A DNA stretch of 64,000 nucleotides from Dipteris shenzhenensis. Lineage: Eukaryota. The notes under the pieces are model-generated. The model did not search any database. It worked only from the letters and a program-made list of their open reading frames with translations, and had not been told where the DNA came from. Shown here piece by piece: positions 25,701 through 37,090 of the stretch (position 1 is its first letter; each line of letters starts with the position of its first letter). Where the stretch lies: the NCBI GenBank assembly GCA_047967505.1, contig CM106538.1; one strand, given 5' to 3'. A program made the translations under genes and the position numbers.

Positions 25701-28700
25701 ACCTCTGCCTCTACCTCTTCTAGCATTTGAGTAGAAGACAATTTCTTTTGAAATTCCTCCTGAAGAAGATGCACCACCATTTCTCTGCTCTTCAAAAATT
25801 AGAAGAGCAATCAACTCCCCAAAATCAAGAAAATTCTCACGTATGGCAATGGATGTCTGGAACTTTGCATAATCCTTTCCTAGACCATTCAAGGTCATAG
25901 AAACTAAATCATCATCTTCCACTGGTGACCCAATAGAAGCAAGTGCATCTGCAATCTTCTTCACCTTCATGTGGTAGTCATTGATGCTCATATTTTCTCT
26001 CTGCACATTATGCAACTCCTGCTTGAGCTGCATTTTCCTAGCTTGCGTATTTGTGCTATACATTTTTGTCAAAGTATCCCATGCCTCCTTCAGCGTGCTT
26101 ACATCCTGAATATGCACAATCATAGAATCTGAAATACTGATAGACAGCCAATACATAACTTTCCTGGCTCTATTTATGGTGCAGCACATGACCAATTCTG
26201 TGACAAGTGCAGAAGAACGAAATGATGTGTGGTATGTTGACTCAAGTGCATCAAACCACATGACAGGTCATGCATAATGGATGCAGGATGCAAGGAAGGA
26301 TGCAAGGAAAATGGAAAAACTAGGATTTGTGGAGACTGGTGATGATACTGCACATCCTATTGTGCAGATTGGTAAAATTCCTTTGTCTATGTAGGATGGG
26401 AAAAAGAAATACCTGTCCGATGTATTTCATTCCCGAATATCACCAAGAACCTAGTTTCTGTTGGTCAAATGGTTGAGCAGGGCTTGCAAGTCAGATTTAA
26501 TCCTCATGGATGCTTTGTTGAGGATATGAAAAATAACGGTCGCTTGATAGCAAAAGGAAAGAAGAAGGGCAGGATGTTTACATTGGATGCGGACATGCCT
26601 AAATTGAGTGCAGCAATTTTTGCACATGGGACTGGTGTTGTTGCAGATATTGATATCTGGCATAAACGCATTGGTCATGTTAATGTACAACGACTTAAAT
26701 CAATGCAGGCCCAAAATATTGTTGCAGGATTGCTAAATTCAAGGTTACAGAAATGCATAAGGTCTGTGAATCCTGTCAATTTGGAAAACAGGAAAGGAAA
26801 CCATTTCCTAGGCATGTTCAAGAGAGTAAGAAGCCATTGGAATAAATCCACTCTGATGTGTGGACTACTCAAGCTGCATCTATTTGAGGCTGGATTATTT
26901 TGTCACTTTTATTGATGACTACAGCAGAAAAGTTTGGGTGCATTTTATGAAAAAGAAAAGTGAAGTGTTTGGGCATTTCAAAGCTTTTAAAGCTATGGCT
27001 GAAAAAGAAACAGGCCTGCAAATAAAATGCCTAAGGTCAAATGGAGGGGGAGAGTACCTCTCAAATGTTTGCAAGGTTCCTACAGGAGCATGGCATAAAG
27101 CAGCAATATTCATGCAGTCATACCCCACAGCAAAATGGACTTGCAGAAAGGAAAAACAGGCATATTGGAGAGATATCTCGGGCCATGCTAAATGAAAAAG
27201 ATCTACCAATTTATTATTGGGCTGAAGCAGTTGTTACAGTAGTTTACATAATGAACAGGACTCCCACTACAACAAGGCATGACGCCAGAGGAGATGTATA
27301 CTGGTAGGAAACTAGATATTTCTCATTCGAAAATTTTTGGTTGCATTGCCTATGTTCATGTGCCAGATGAGTTGAGGTCCAAGTTAGATCCAAAAGCTGA
27401 GAAGTGCATCTTTATTGGTTATTCTCTGTAGCAGAAAGGGTATAGATGCTATAACCCTTCTACTCGTAAGTTTACAATGAGCAGAGATATTGTTTTTGAT
27501 GAGATGAGTAGCTGGTATAAACCAGTAAATGTGATGATTGATGTAGATGCACAAAATGGTAATGCTGCACAGAATTCACAGCAGCAATCACAAAATATCA
27601 GTGGACCTGCAGTGTCCTCTAGCAGTGGTTCACATACTTTGCCACAAAAAGGAAAAGAGAAGGTAGATCAGCCCATGTTTGATGTGAATGCAGGTCACTC
27701 TTACGTGGATGGTGAATCCAGTGGCTCACAACAGAGCATTGATGATGAGTTGGGTATTCCTTCTATTGTTACACCTGGAGTAAGGAAGACCACAGATGTT
27801 TTGAGAGCACCTGGAAGTGAGCCTATTTTGCACAGGTCTACTAGAGCTAGGTATCCTATGGATAGGCTAAAATATGATGGATTTATAGCCATTCACTATG
27901 CCTATATGGTCAAAGTGATATAGGAACCAAAACCCACTTCTTTTGAGCAAGCTATGGGAAAAGAAAAATGGGAGAAAGCCATGGATGAAGAATTGGATGC
28001 CTTGGAAGCAAATGCTACATGGGAATTGGTGCCTTTGCCTAAAGACAAGAATGCAATTGGCTGTAAGTGGGTTTATAAGATCAAGCACAATGCAGATGGT
28101 TTTGTGAACAGATACAAGGCAAGATTAGTTGTCAAGGGGTATGCACAAACATATGGCATTGATTATGAAGAAACATTCAGTCCAGTTGCAGGGATGGCAA
28201 CTGTAAGAGCAGTCATTGCTATGGCTGCATCAAAGGGATGATCTTTACATCAGATGGATGTAAAGAATGCCTTCTTGCATGGTGATTTGCAAGAAGAGGT
28301 CTTTATGGAGCAGCCACCAGGTTATGTTCATGCTATTCATCCTAAGTTTGTTTGCAGGTTAAAGAAAGCCTTGTATGGCTTGAAGCAAGCACCTAGAGCA
28401 TGGTCTGACAAGATAGGACAATATCTTGTCACTATTGGCTTTCAGATTTCCAAGGCAGATTTCTCACTCTATGTGAGAAAAATAGAGAAAAGTATTATGC
28501 TGCTTGTTATTTATGTTGATGATTTGATCATCACAGGTGATAGTGATGAAGATATCCTTCATGTGAAAATGCTATTGAAGCAGAAGTTTGAGATGAAGGA
28601 TTTGGGAGAGCTGTGTTATTTCTTGGGCATTGAGGTGATTAGATCACCAAGTGGGATACAGCTCTTGCAGAGGTAGTATGGATTGGACATGCTATCCAAA

Positions 28701-29692
28701 TATGGGATAACAGGCTGTAAGCCTATTTCAGTTCCTTTAGAGCAGAATGTGAAGCTGAGCATAGATGCAGGTGAGCTTTTGGAAGACCCTACTATATACA
28801 GACGCATAGTAGGAAGTTTGATTCATATGACTATTACCAGGCCAGATTTAAGCTATGTTGTTGGATTGGAAAGTCAGTTTATGCAGGCTCTAAGGAAACC
28901 GCATTTGGATGCGGCTAGATGCATACTCAGGCATGTGAAGTCCACATTGCAGTATGGACTATTTTGTGAGGCTGGGGTTCAGATACAGTTGCATGGATAC
29001 ACTGATGCTGATTGGGCTGGTAGTATTTCTGATAGACGATCTACCAGTGGATATGTGTTCTCTTTTGGGAGTGCTGCAGTCACCTGGAGCAGCAACAAAC
29101 AGCCTATAGTTGCCTTGTCAAGCACAGAGGCTGAGTACAAGGGTGCAACAATGGCTACATGTGAGGTACCTTGGTTGCATAAGCTACTTTATGATATGGA
29201 TCAGTGGGCCAGTTGTCATTTATTGTGACAACATGAGCAGTATACACTTGGCAAATAACCCAGTCTATCATGCTAGAACAAACACATTAAGGTGCATTAT
29301 CACTATGTGCAGGAGAAGGTTTTACTAATTCTTATTGATCTAGTTTATGTCAGCACAGAGGATCAGGTAGCTGACATATTCACGAAGGCATTGGGTGCAG
29401 AGAAGCTACGCAAGTTCAGAGACCTGCTTGGTGTGCAGGAATTGGGATTGAGCTCGAGGGGGAGTGTTGACATATCGAGCTCCACTTGCAATATGCCAGG
29501 GTGACCGTTGTGCATTTATGTCACCAACTTGTTAGCTGCAGATGCGGTTGGTACACCGCCCACGACACTTGGTATCAGAGCTCAGAGGACGGAAGACGCG
29601 GAAGACGGGAAACGCAGAGGTGGAAGACGCTTGGTGACAGAACGGACCACAGTGGTGCGCAACATTGTGGGAAGGTCTGAAGTCAAGTTGCC

Positions 29693-30832
29693 ATGGATAA
29701 GGGAATGATGATGAAAGCAGGTCGGAGTTTACCATTGGAAAACGCAGACGGGAGCGTAGTGCGAACGGCGGTCGAGATTATGAGGAAGGTGCCAGAATGG
29801 GTGACGGTCTTGATCAAGAAGGACATGAGCTACCTTCAAGGGTTAGTTCACCGCTTCGATATGGAGGGTGACTCCGAGAAGTGGCGCCATGAGTTCTTTG
29901 TGGTTTTCAGACTTGTCTATGATATTTACCTCAAGGGAGAATTCGGACCGACCGTGGAACCGGAAAGTGACTCGGAAACGGACTCAGGGGAAGAGTCTGA
30001 AGCAGAAACGGCGATGGAGCCGGAGGATGCGGATCTAGAAGAGGAAGAACGGCGACAGTGGAGCCAGAGATGGTGGCAGTCAAGGACTGAACCACAAGCA
30101 GTGGGGAAGTCGAAGGGGAACGGCCAAGGGAGAGCCGTGGGAAACACAAACGGGAACGGCCAAGGGAGAGCCGTGAGAAACGCAAACGGGAACGGCCAAG
30201 GGAGAGCCGTGGGAAACACAAAGGGGAACGGCCAAGGAGGAGCCGTGCAAGAGAGAAAGGGAAACGGCCAAGGAGGAGCCATGAAAAAGAAGAAGAAGAA
30301 CGGTCAAGGAGGAACCGTGGAGCCAAGGCAGGGCAGACCTAATGAAGGGTCAAGAGGAACGGGGACACAGAATGGAAACGTGGGCTCAAGACGAGCCGTG
30401 GCAGAAACACCGAGTGTGGGTTCAAGTGGAACCGTGGGCTCAGAGAGAGCTATGATGCAGAGACCGTGTTCAAGCGGAGTCGGTGATGGAAAGGGTAATC
30501 GAAGCCCGGGTGAAAACGGCAAGTCAGGCCGTGATGAACAGATGCAGAGTGGCGACATGAGCCACAGTGAACAAGTGGGATCGGGTGAGATGAGCCGGAA
30601 TGTGTCAAGGAAGAACGGCGAGAAAGGCCGTAGCATGCCAGCGCGGAGCGGCGTCCAAGGCCGCAAGGAACGGAAGCAAGTGGAGGAACAGGTGGGCACC
30701 GCGAGCCCAAGGAAACTAAAGCAAAGGGATGAACAGGTGGGCACCGTGAGCCCAAGGGAACAAAAAGAGGAGGAACAGGTGGGCACCGTGAGCCCAGAGG
30801 ATGATGGACTATTGGAAGAGACCGTGGATTAG
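29693..30832 (+). CDS. Uninterrupted 379-aa ORF of unknown function inside the PBS-first element
   Basis: About 85-aa globular-looking N-terminus, an acidic stretch, ~7 repeats of a 10-aa GNGQGRAVGN-type unit and 3 EQVGTVSP-type repeats. The stop codon overlaps the first bases of the 541-bp repeat, so the ORF may be truncated. Confidence 0.55.
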   Translation: MDKGMMMKAGRSLPLENADGSVVRTAVEIMRKVPEWVTVLIKKDMSYLQGLVHRFDMEGDSEKWRHEFFVVFRLVYDIYLKGEFGPTVEPESDSETDSGEESEAETAMEPEDADLEEEERRQWSQRWWQSRTEPQAVGKSKGNGQGRAVGNTNGNGQGRAVRNANGNGQGRAVGNTKGNGQGGAVQERKGNGQGGAMKKKKKNGQGGTVEPRQGRPNEGSRGTGTQNGNVGSRRAVAETPSVGSSGTVGSERAMMQRPCSSGVGDGKGNRSPGENGKSGRDEQMQSGDMSHSEQVGSGEMSRNVSRKNGEKGRSMPARSGVQGRKERKQVEEQVGTASPRKLKQRDEQVGTVSPREQKEEEQVGTVSPEDDGLLEETVD

Positions 30833-32158
30833 TGCACGTGAACGTGAGCGGGGAACGGTGAGCGGCCCATTCCTTTCATACCATTGTAAATATTCGCGAA
30901 CTGTTGTGTAACCGACCAAGCAAGATGGGCTAAAGGTGGAACGTCGCGGGGCGGGCGTTCCGTGTGTGAAGTGTGAATCGGGGAGGCTATCCCAGGAAGG
31001 TCAGGTGTTGCGCAGGCCCGTGAGTCTGTGTGTCTTCACTGCGAGACCGGGATACAAGCGGGGAGTCGGAACCGTTTGGGGAGCAGTGGCCCATGAAAGG
31101 GGCGTGGGGATCAGAGGATCCGTGAACGGCGGTCTAGGGGAGGACGCGTCGTGGTTGGGATTGGAAACGGCCGTCTAGGTGCAGGACGTGCCAGGGCCCG
31201 TTTTGGCCCGAAAACGCAGAGGCGTCGCGGGACGCAAACGAGCTGCGGATAGCTCCGAGTGTGTCTGGGGCTGGTGAGTCCTAGGTGCGCCTGAGGTCAG
31301 CGGGCCGGGTCGAGAGAGATCCGCTGCATAGAGAAAAATTCTAAGTCCCGAAGACCTGGTCCGTGACACTTGGTATCAGAGCATGGAAGGTGGTCTCCCT
31401 GCATGTGAGGTTGCGTCCAGCAGGAAAACGTAATGATGCGGTTGTGCGCTCAGTTGCTTGTAAATACTCTTTCTTGCAGTCTAGCGTTATCAAGCCATCG
31501 TTTGGCACTCTTTCTAGTACTTTCTTGCAAGTAACGTCTCGGGCCGTTTTACGTGTTGTGATCTCGTGGTGCACTTGTGTGGGCACACACCGGAAAGCAG
31601 AACGTGGGAAGGGCGTGAGTGCACGTGAACGTGAGCGGGGAACGGTGAGCGGCCCATTCCTTTCATACCATTGTAAATATTCGCGAACTGTTGTGTAACC
31701 GACCAAGCAAGATGGGCTAAAGGTGGAACGTCGCGGGGCGGGCGTTCCGTGTGTGAAGTGTGAATCGGGGAGGCTATCCCAGGAAGGTCAGGTGTTGCGC
31801 AGGCCCGTGAGTCTGTGTGTCTTCACTGCGAGACCGGGATACAAGCGGGGAGTCGGAACCGTTTGGGGAGCAGTGGCCCATGAAAGGGGCGTGGGGATCA
31901 GAGGATCCGTGAACGGCGGTCTAGGGGAGGACGCGTCGTGGTTGGGATTGGAAACGGCCGTCTAGGTGCAGGACGTGCCAGGGCCCGTTTTGGCCCGAAA
32001 ACGCAGAGGCGTCGCGGGACGCAAACGAGCTGCGGATAGCTCCGAGTGTGTCTGGGGCTGGTGAGTCCTAGGTGCGCCTGAGGTCAGCGGGCCGGGTCGA
32101 GAGAGATCCGCTGCATAGAGAAAAATTCTAAGTCCCGAAGACCTGGTCCGTGACACTT
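30831..32158 (+). repeat. Direct repeat pair 30831-31371 and 31618-32158 (541 bp, offset 787)
   Basis: No differences found on visual comparison; the ORF track gives identical translations at offset 787. Both copies end CCGTGACACTT. Confidence 0.95.
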
Positions 32159-33132
32159 TGGATGACTGCTATCCTTATCTACTCTAGTTTGTGGCTCAGT
32201 TAGTATGCCACCTTAGTTAGCTGAGTTTGGTTTGAGACCCACATGTAGGGTCCTTCTATTTCTTTGTACTAGAGTTCTTTTGGCTTACACAACTAAGAAG
32301 AGGAAAACTATTTTCAGCCTCCACCTTTGTGTGTATTCCCCCATTATGTATGTGAGAAAGCTGCAAGTGAGCTTTCTTCCTTCTCTCTCACTATCTTCAC
32401 ATGCAATTCCTTGAAAAAAAATTATTTTGCATCCCTTCCAATCACATATGCAATGCCTTGAAAGTTTTTTTAAAACCATTGGTTTTCATGAATGTGATAT
32501 TGCTCAATTCATTCTTGTAGGGCTATTGGCAAAAGAGGCTAGAGAAGATTCATATGGAGCATTGTCATATAAAGTGAGTCAATGAATTTTTAGAATTGAG
32601 GAAATCATAACTTCTTTGCCTTCCTTTTCAATGGGTTGATGTGTACATCATTCTCTATGTATGGAAATGCAAAGACTATGAGTCTTTTAATGGGTTTGTC
32701 TCATCCATGAACGAAAGCAAGCATCATACACATCGTGTCAAATTAAAAAACAAGGGTAGACATGCACGGCCCATACAATTGGGACATAGAGCATCACTAG
32801 TCTCGCTTTGAGGTCCTACCATGATGTAATCAGTGATGCAATCCTTTTGCATGATTTGCTATTGGCTCCCTCTCTCTTCTACAAGAATCCATGAGTTTAC
32901 AAAAAAGGTCAACTTCAAGGAACCTTCCAATCAAAATGTCCTCCCTTACTAGATTGAAGGGCATCTCCTTCTCATCTCAATAGCCACAAGCAAGTAATAC
33001 GTGAGAGGCACACTCCGATTGAATTGAAATCTCTTTCTCATCAATTGAAAAGCATCTCTTTCACACCCCTATAATTTGTGAGAGGTACACTTAGATATTA
33101 GGGATGACATGATAAAAGAATGTTGAATAAGA

Positions 33133-33171
<39 letters not shown>

Positions 33172-33811
33172 GTGGGATTTTTCACATTATTTGGAAGCAT
33201 ATGATTTTGGAGTCAATTGCAAATTAAACCACATGAGATTGAGAAGCTTGATTTGAAATATGACATTAGACAAATGTTAGCCACTGATACTTGCAATTCT
33301 TTTTTCACAGAATAGTCGTAAAGCCAACTTTCTTGTAAATTAAAGCTATTAATTTCTCCTTGCCTACTTTGGGGAATTCAAATGAGTTTTTCATGAAAAA
33401 GTATCCCAAGTTTAGTTGCCTACTTTTGGGAATTCAAATAAATGTTCAAAACTATTCGAAGAATTAATTTCTTACATATGGATCAAGAAGAGAACTTTAT
33501 TACAGAGGACCTTTATAAATTTCTTAACTATCATGAAACTTTATATCCTAAAATGCAGATAAGAGGCTCAATCCAACACTACATCAGAAACTATAAAAGG
33601 CACTATGATAAGGCACTAAGGTCATGTGCATGCAAAAACTTAGCAATTTTATAAATCATACTCGTACAATGACTTTTTACCAATATACCACTTTGTACTT
33701 TTTCCATCTTAACTACCAGCATGACTACAAATGTTGCACATGTAATAGGCTATGGGGGATTGGTGTAAGACTTAGGTAACATTGGGGGTTGGAGTAAACC
33801 TATGCAATAGG

Positions 33812-33955
33812 TGTTGGAATGAGAGGAAGAGAGGAGTGAGACACAAGATTTCTCCTTGAAGAAGTTGATTGTATTGATATATCAGAGGCATATATACAAT
33901 TCATAACTAGATGGATTTAGGGCAAGCTATATATAGGTCTAACACCCCCACTTAA
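33812..33955 (-). mobile_element. Short copia-like 3' LTR plus PPT remnant
   Basis: Minus strand TTAAGTGGGGG|TGTTAG...TCCAACA (LTR 33944 to 33812). No coding remnant adjacent. Confidence 0.45.
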
Positions 33956-34169
33956 ACTAGGCCCTCTAGCTATTGAATGAAAAAACCCTTGGTGAGTACA
34001 AAGGAAAACCAAAGCCACTATATGTGTGTGTGTATGTGTGTGTGTGTGTGTGTGTGTATTTGTGTGTGTGTGTATGCATGCATGCATGTATGTATGTATG
34101 TATCACAACAAGAAAAGTTAGCTATAGAAGTGCTTGATAGATGTGCAAAATAGCAGGCACATCTATAGG

Positions 34170-36860
34170 CACTACTAGAATAGTGAAAATACAGGCGTGT
34201 CTAATAGCGCATCTACACTGCAAATTAGACACGGATTTAGATGCAAAATAGAAAATACAGAAAGTGAGATTTTGGTGCAGGCTGATAAATGTACATCACT
34301 GCTTTCCAAACATTGCCCATGATTACCAAAGCACATAATTTTAATAAAAATATCAATGCTTTTTGGCAAACCCACATATACAAAAATTAAGTGAGGTGAG
34401 GAGAATGAGACAATATGTAAAATAGTTTTGCCAATATCAATGATGGGCTACGGTTCAATCTCATCCTCAATGAGATCATCCCTTGCCAAACTATCTACTT
34501 CAAATTCCAAACCAGTGGTAAGATCTACAAATACATTCAGCCCACTACTACTTGTGCTACTCATGTGCTCATCGAAAGTAGCATCACCAATGGTAGGCTC
34601 GTCCTCGGGTAATGGCCTCAATATCTGTATCTCTTATCTCATAATGATCCACCTCTCTCGTATCATGGTCATCATCACCTCCATGGCCATGATCATACTC
34701 CATACACTCCATATTAGTAAATGTACTATACATCACTTTGGAACGTGGTGTAATAGTAGGTATGACGTGCCACCACCTATTATTATCCACCATTGGCTGA
34801 TAGACAACCTAATTCAAACACAAATACAATCATGTTATTTTCCTTGCATCAAAGATATCAAATATTTAAAAGTGAGTATTTTTATATGTGTGTATAGTAT
34901 CTGTTCACATTGTTGCGGTAGTACTAGTGTGTACTTCTTACTTTGCCAAAACTTTGTGGAGTCAATAGTTACAAAGCCACTTGCATGGTGTTTGATTGTT
35001 GCATTATGGCCTCTTTCCACCATGTCCTTAAACCACTTTAATCCAAAACATACAAAAAGAAGCGTCGAATGTCAAGCTTAATAATATCTTGGATTATGCC
35101 ATAATAATCATCCATGGCTCCATTGGCTCCCTCAAAGCTAGCAATGATGCCATAATCTTGTGTGTTTCTCTTATCATCAATCCATTGTGTTCAAAAATGC
35201 TTTCCCTCACACCATAGAGAATTGAACATAGTACACTACACCAAGACAAAATCAATTAAATAAGCAATCTAAATTGTTGAAAGCTCCTAACTTATGCATA
35301 ACATTCTATATACTGACCTTGCTCATGCCTCCCCTAGCCTACTCCCATTATTCCATTGTGATATGCATCCCTTCATCTCTCTCTACTCTCTCCATTTTGT
35401 TAAGTAGCCAATCCACATGAATATCCTTTGGAAGTGCTCTTAGATGCTCAGGGTATGGAACGAGATCCATGGTGTGTATGAAAGAGGGCCCTTTCTCATT
35501 GTCTTCTTGCCTTTGCATCCTCGTATCTTGTCACCCATATTTTCATCACATCACTATTAAGCATGCAATAAAGGTTGATATTAAAAATAAGCAACTCTGT
35601 GTTTATTACTTTGCTCCGTCCTTTCCTTTGACGCACAATCAAGGTCATCCTTAGGTTATCATCATCTCTCCATAGTCATGGGAGAGAGGTATCCACATCA
35701 ACAAGAAACTCAAAAATATATACAAGTGACTCTTGTACCAACCAACCCTCAGCCATGCTACCTTCGGGCCTTGCATTTTGTCTCATGAAACCCTTCTAGA
35801 TCTTCATGAAGCGCTTGAGGAAGAACAACCATCGTGCATGTACAGTAGCACATATAGCAATCTCATCCACCGAATGTACTATGAGATGTAATTGGCTTGT
35901 GAAAATAGAACGTGAAAATGTCTCCACTAAACAAACCACCTCCATTGACATAACTCGAGCATTTTGAAGCATGGTGGGATCTATTTCCTTTGAGCTCACA
36001 TACCTAGAAAGGAAAAAGTACACCATATTAGCAATATGAAAACCCTTACATGGAGCATTGATACACTTCACATTTTGTATCCTGTAAAGTACCTCACAAG
36101 CTCGCCCATCTTGTAAATAGAATCCTTCACGTCCTTCGATGCACTATGAGAAATGCTAGTAGGTAGTATGAACTGAACACACGAGGAATGGTTGATTAGT
36201 TGCTTCTAATTCACTCACAAATTTGGAAGGAAAAAGATATTATGCACATAAAATACTTACTTGGAGCATGTTGTGCCAATCATGAGATTTCAAGCCATAT
36301 AAATGCTCTACACCTCTTTTCTTGCTCTTTGTGAAGGCCCTCTTCAAACACCTCATGCATCCAATGGGAGTATGAATTGTAGTGATAGCTCGTTTCACCG
36401 CCACCATCTCTAACTTTGATAACCTCCACAGTGCACGAGGTAAAAAGACACACCCATTTGGCCTCTCTTGTGGCCAAAATTCATGCATCCTCCCTTTGGT
36501 TCATAGATCCTCCCTTATGCCTATGGAATCTCGTGTCCCATTCAAATGTTCCCAAATGGTAGATGCCACATTCTTGAAGATATGCATGGGATCAAGTAGG
36601 TGATTGATCTTGAGGTGGGACCAATATGGTAGTCAATAAAAGATGGAGTATCTAAACAAAAGCTGGTGTTAGCGTGCAATCTTTATTTCCATTCAATATA
36701 GCACATAATAGTTACAAACCCTTACCGGCTCATGCCAAGTGGTGGAGGAGTCATGGAACCGTCCCAAATTCTCATCCAATCTTCTGCAATGAGTGAGTGT
36801 GGGGGGATTTCATTCCAAGGGGCCACATATCTAGTTCTTGTGTGTTCTGCCCCTTCCCCT
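34170..36860 (-). mobile_element. CACTA-2: terminus plus decayed TnpD-like transposase 3' part (different family from CACTA-1)
   Basis: CACTACTAGAA at 34170. Fragments HLLDPMHIFKNV, LYGLKSHDWHNMLQ, SQLHLIVHSVDE...HARWLFFLKRFMK, IDSTKFW...LVLPQQCEQ, NNRWWHVI. The other terminus was not found. Confidence 0.8.
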
Positions 36861-36917
36861 TCCCCTTCCCCTTCCCCTTCCTTTTCCTTCTCTTTCCCTT
36901 CCCCTTCCCCTTCCAAG

Positions 36918-37090
36918 AAAGGGATTGCATGAATGATGGAAATAAGTGATTGCATGAATGATGGAAAGGGATTGCATGAATGAAGAAAGGGATTGCATGA
37001 ATGATGGAAAGGGATTGCATGAATGACAAAGGGGATTGCATGAATGAGGAGATAAGGGATTGCATCAATTATGAAAATAAGTGATTGCAT
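36918..37090. repeat. 22-bp tandem repeat (GGGATTGCATGAATGATGGAAA)
   Basis: About 7-8 degenerate copies, followed by a CT-rich tract at 37175-37635. Confidence 0.85.

Larger units (their letters stand above)
11510..26172 (-). mobile_element. Ty1/copia retrotransposon B, copy 1 (gag-PR-IN-RT-RH-3' LTR), decayed, no 5' LTR, interrupted by CACTA-1
   Basis: Gag at 25473-26170 with a degenerate zinc knuckle (CYYYGKMGHMAKDC). Protease WYVASGASNHMT, integrase LRSDGGGEY, RT MDVKNAFLHGDL/YLDDL, RNase H KKQPTVALSSTEVEY. PPT GAGGGGGAG abuts the LTR at 11866. Removing 13232-23259 restores the RT reading YKVKHNANGS. Confidence 0.93.
29564..32158 (+). mobile_element. Young non-autonomous retroelement-like insertion: two tandem units, each PBS...LTR-like 3' repeat, bounded by GACACTT
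   Basis: TGGTATCAGAGC at 29570 and 31371. GACACTT at 29564-29570, 31365-31371 and 32152-32158. 541-bp direct repeats. CpG-rich, unlike the flanks. The host copia LTR resumes at 32159. Confidence 0.8.
26173..32401 (+). mobile_element. Ty1/copia retrotransposon B, copy 2 (PR-IN-RT-RH-3' LTR), decayed, 5'-truncated, LTR interrupted
   Basis: WYVDSSASNHM, WHKRIGHVN, LRSNGGGEY, YKARLVVKGYAQ, YVDDL, YTDADWAGS. PPT at 29456-29464. LTR TGTTGA (29465)...CTTCACA (32401) is split by the insert at 29571-32158. Confidence 0.93.

Noticed and set aside
30833-32155. Ordinary TRIM (LTR-PBS-PPT-LTR)
   Set aside because: The PPT is weak, there is no TSD (ATTAG vs CTTTG), and it does not explain the upstream PBS unit or the CTT retained after the last CA. 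Disfavoured rather than excluded.
30831-32158. Retrozyme (hammerhead-containing LTRs with tRNA-Met PBS)
   Set aside because: Size and PBS fit, and hairpins followed by GAAA exist (GGGCC..GGCCC-GAAAACGC..GCGTC). I found no CTGANGA core on either strand. A covariance-model search would settle it.
29571-32158. DIRS/Ngaro/PAT split direct repeats (A1-B1-A2-B2) or an endogenous caulimovirid
   Set aside because: The two putative A segments match only over the PBS. No RT, recombinase, movement or coat protein motifs were recognised.
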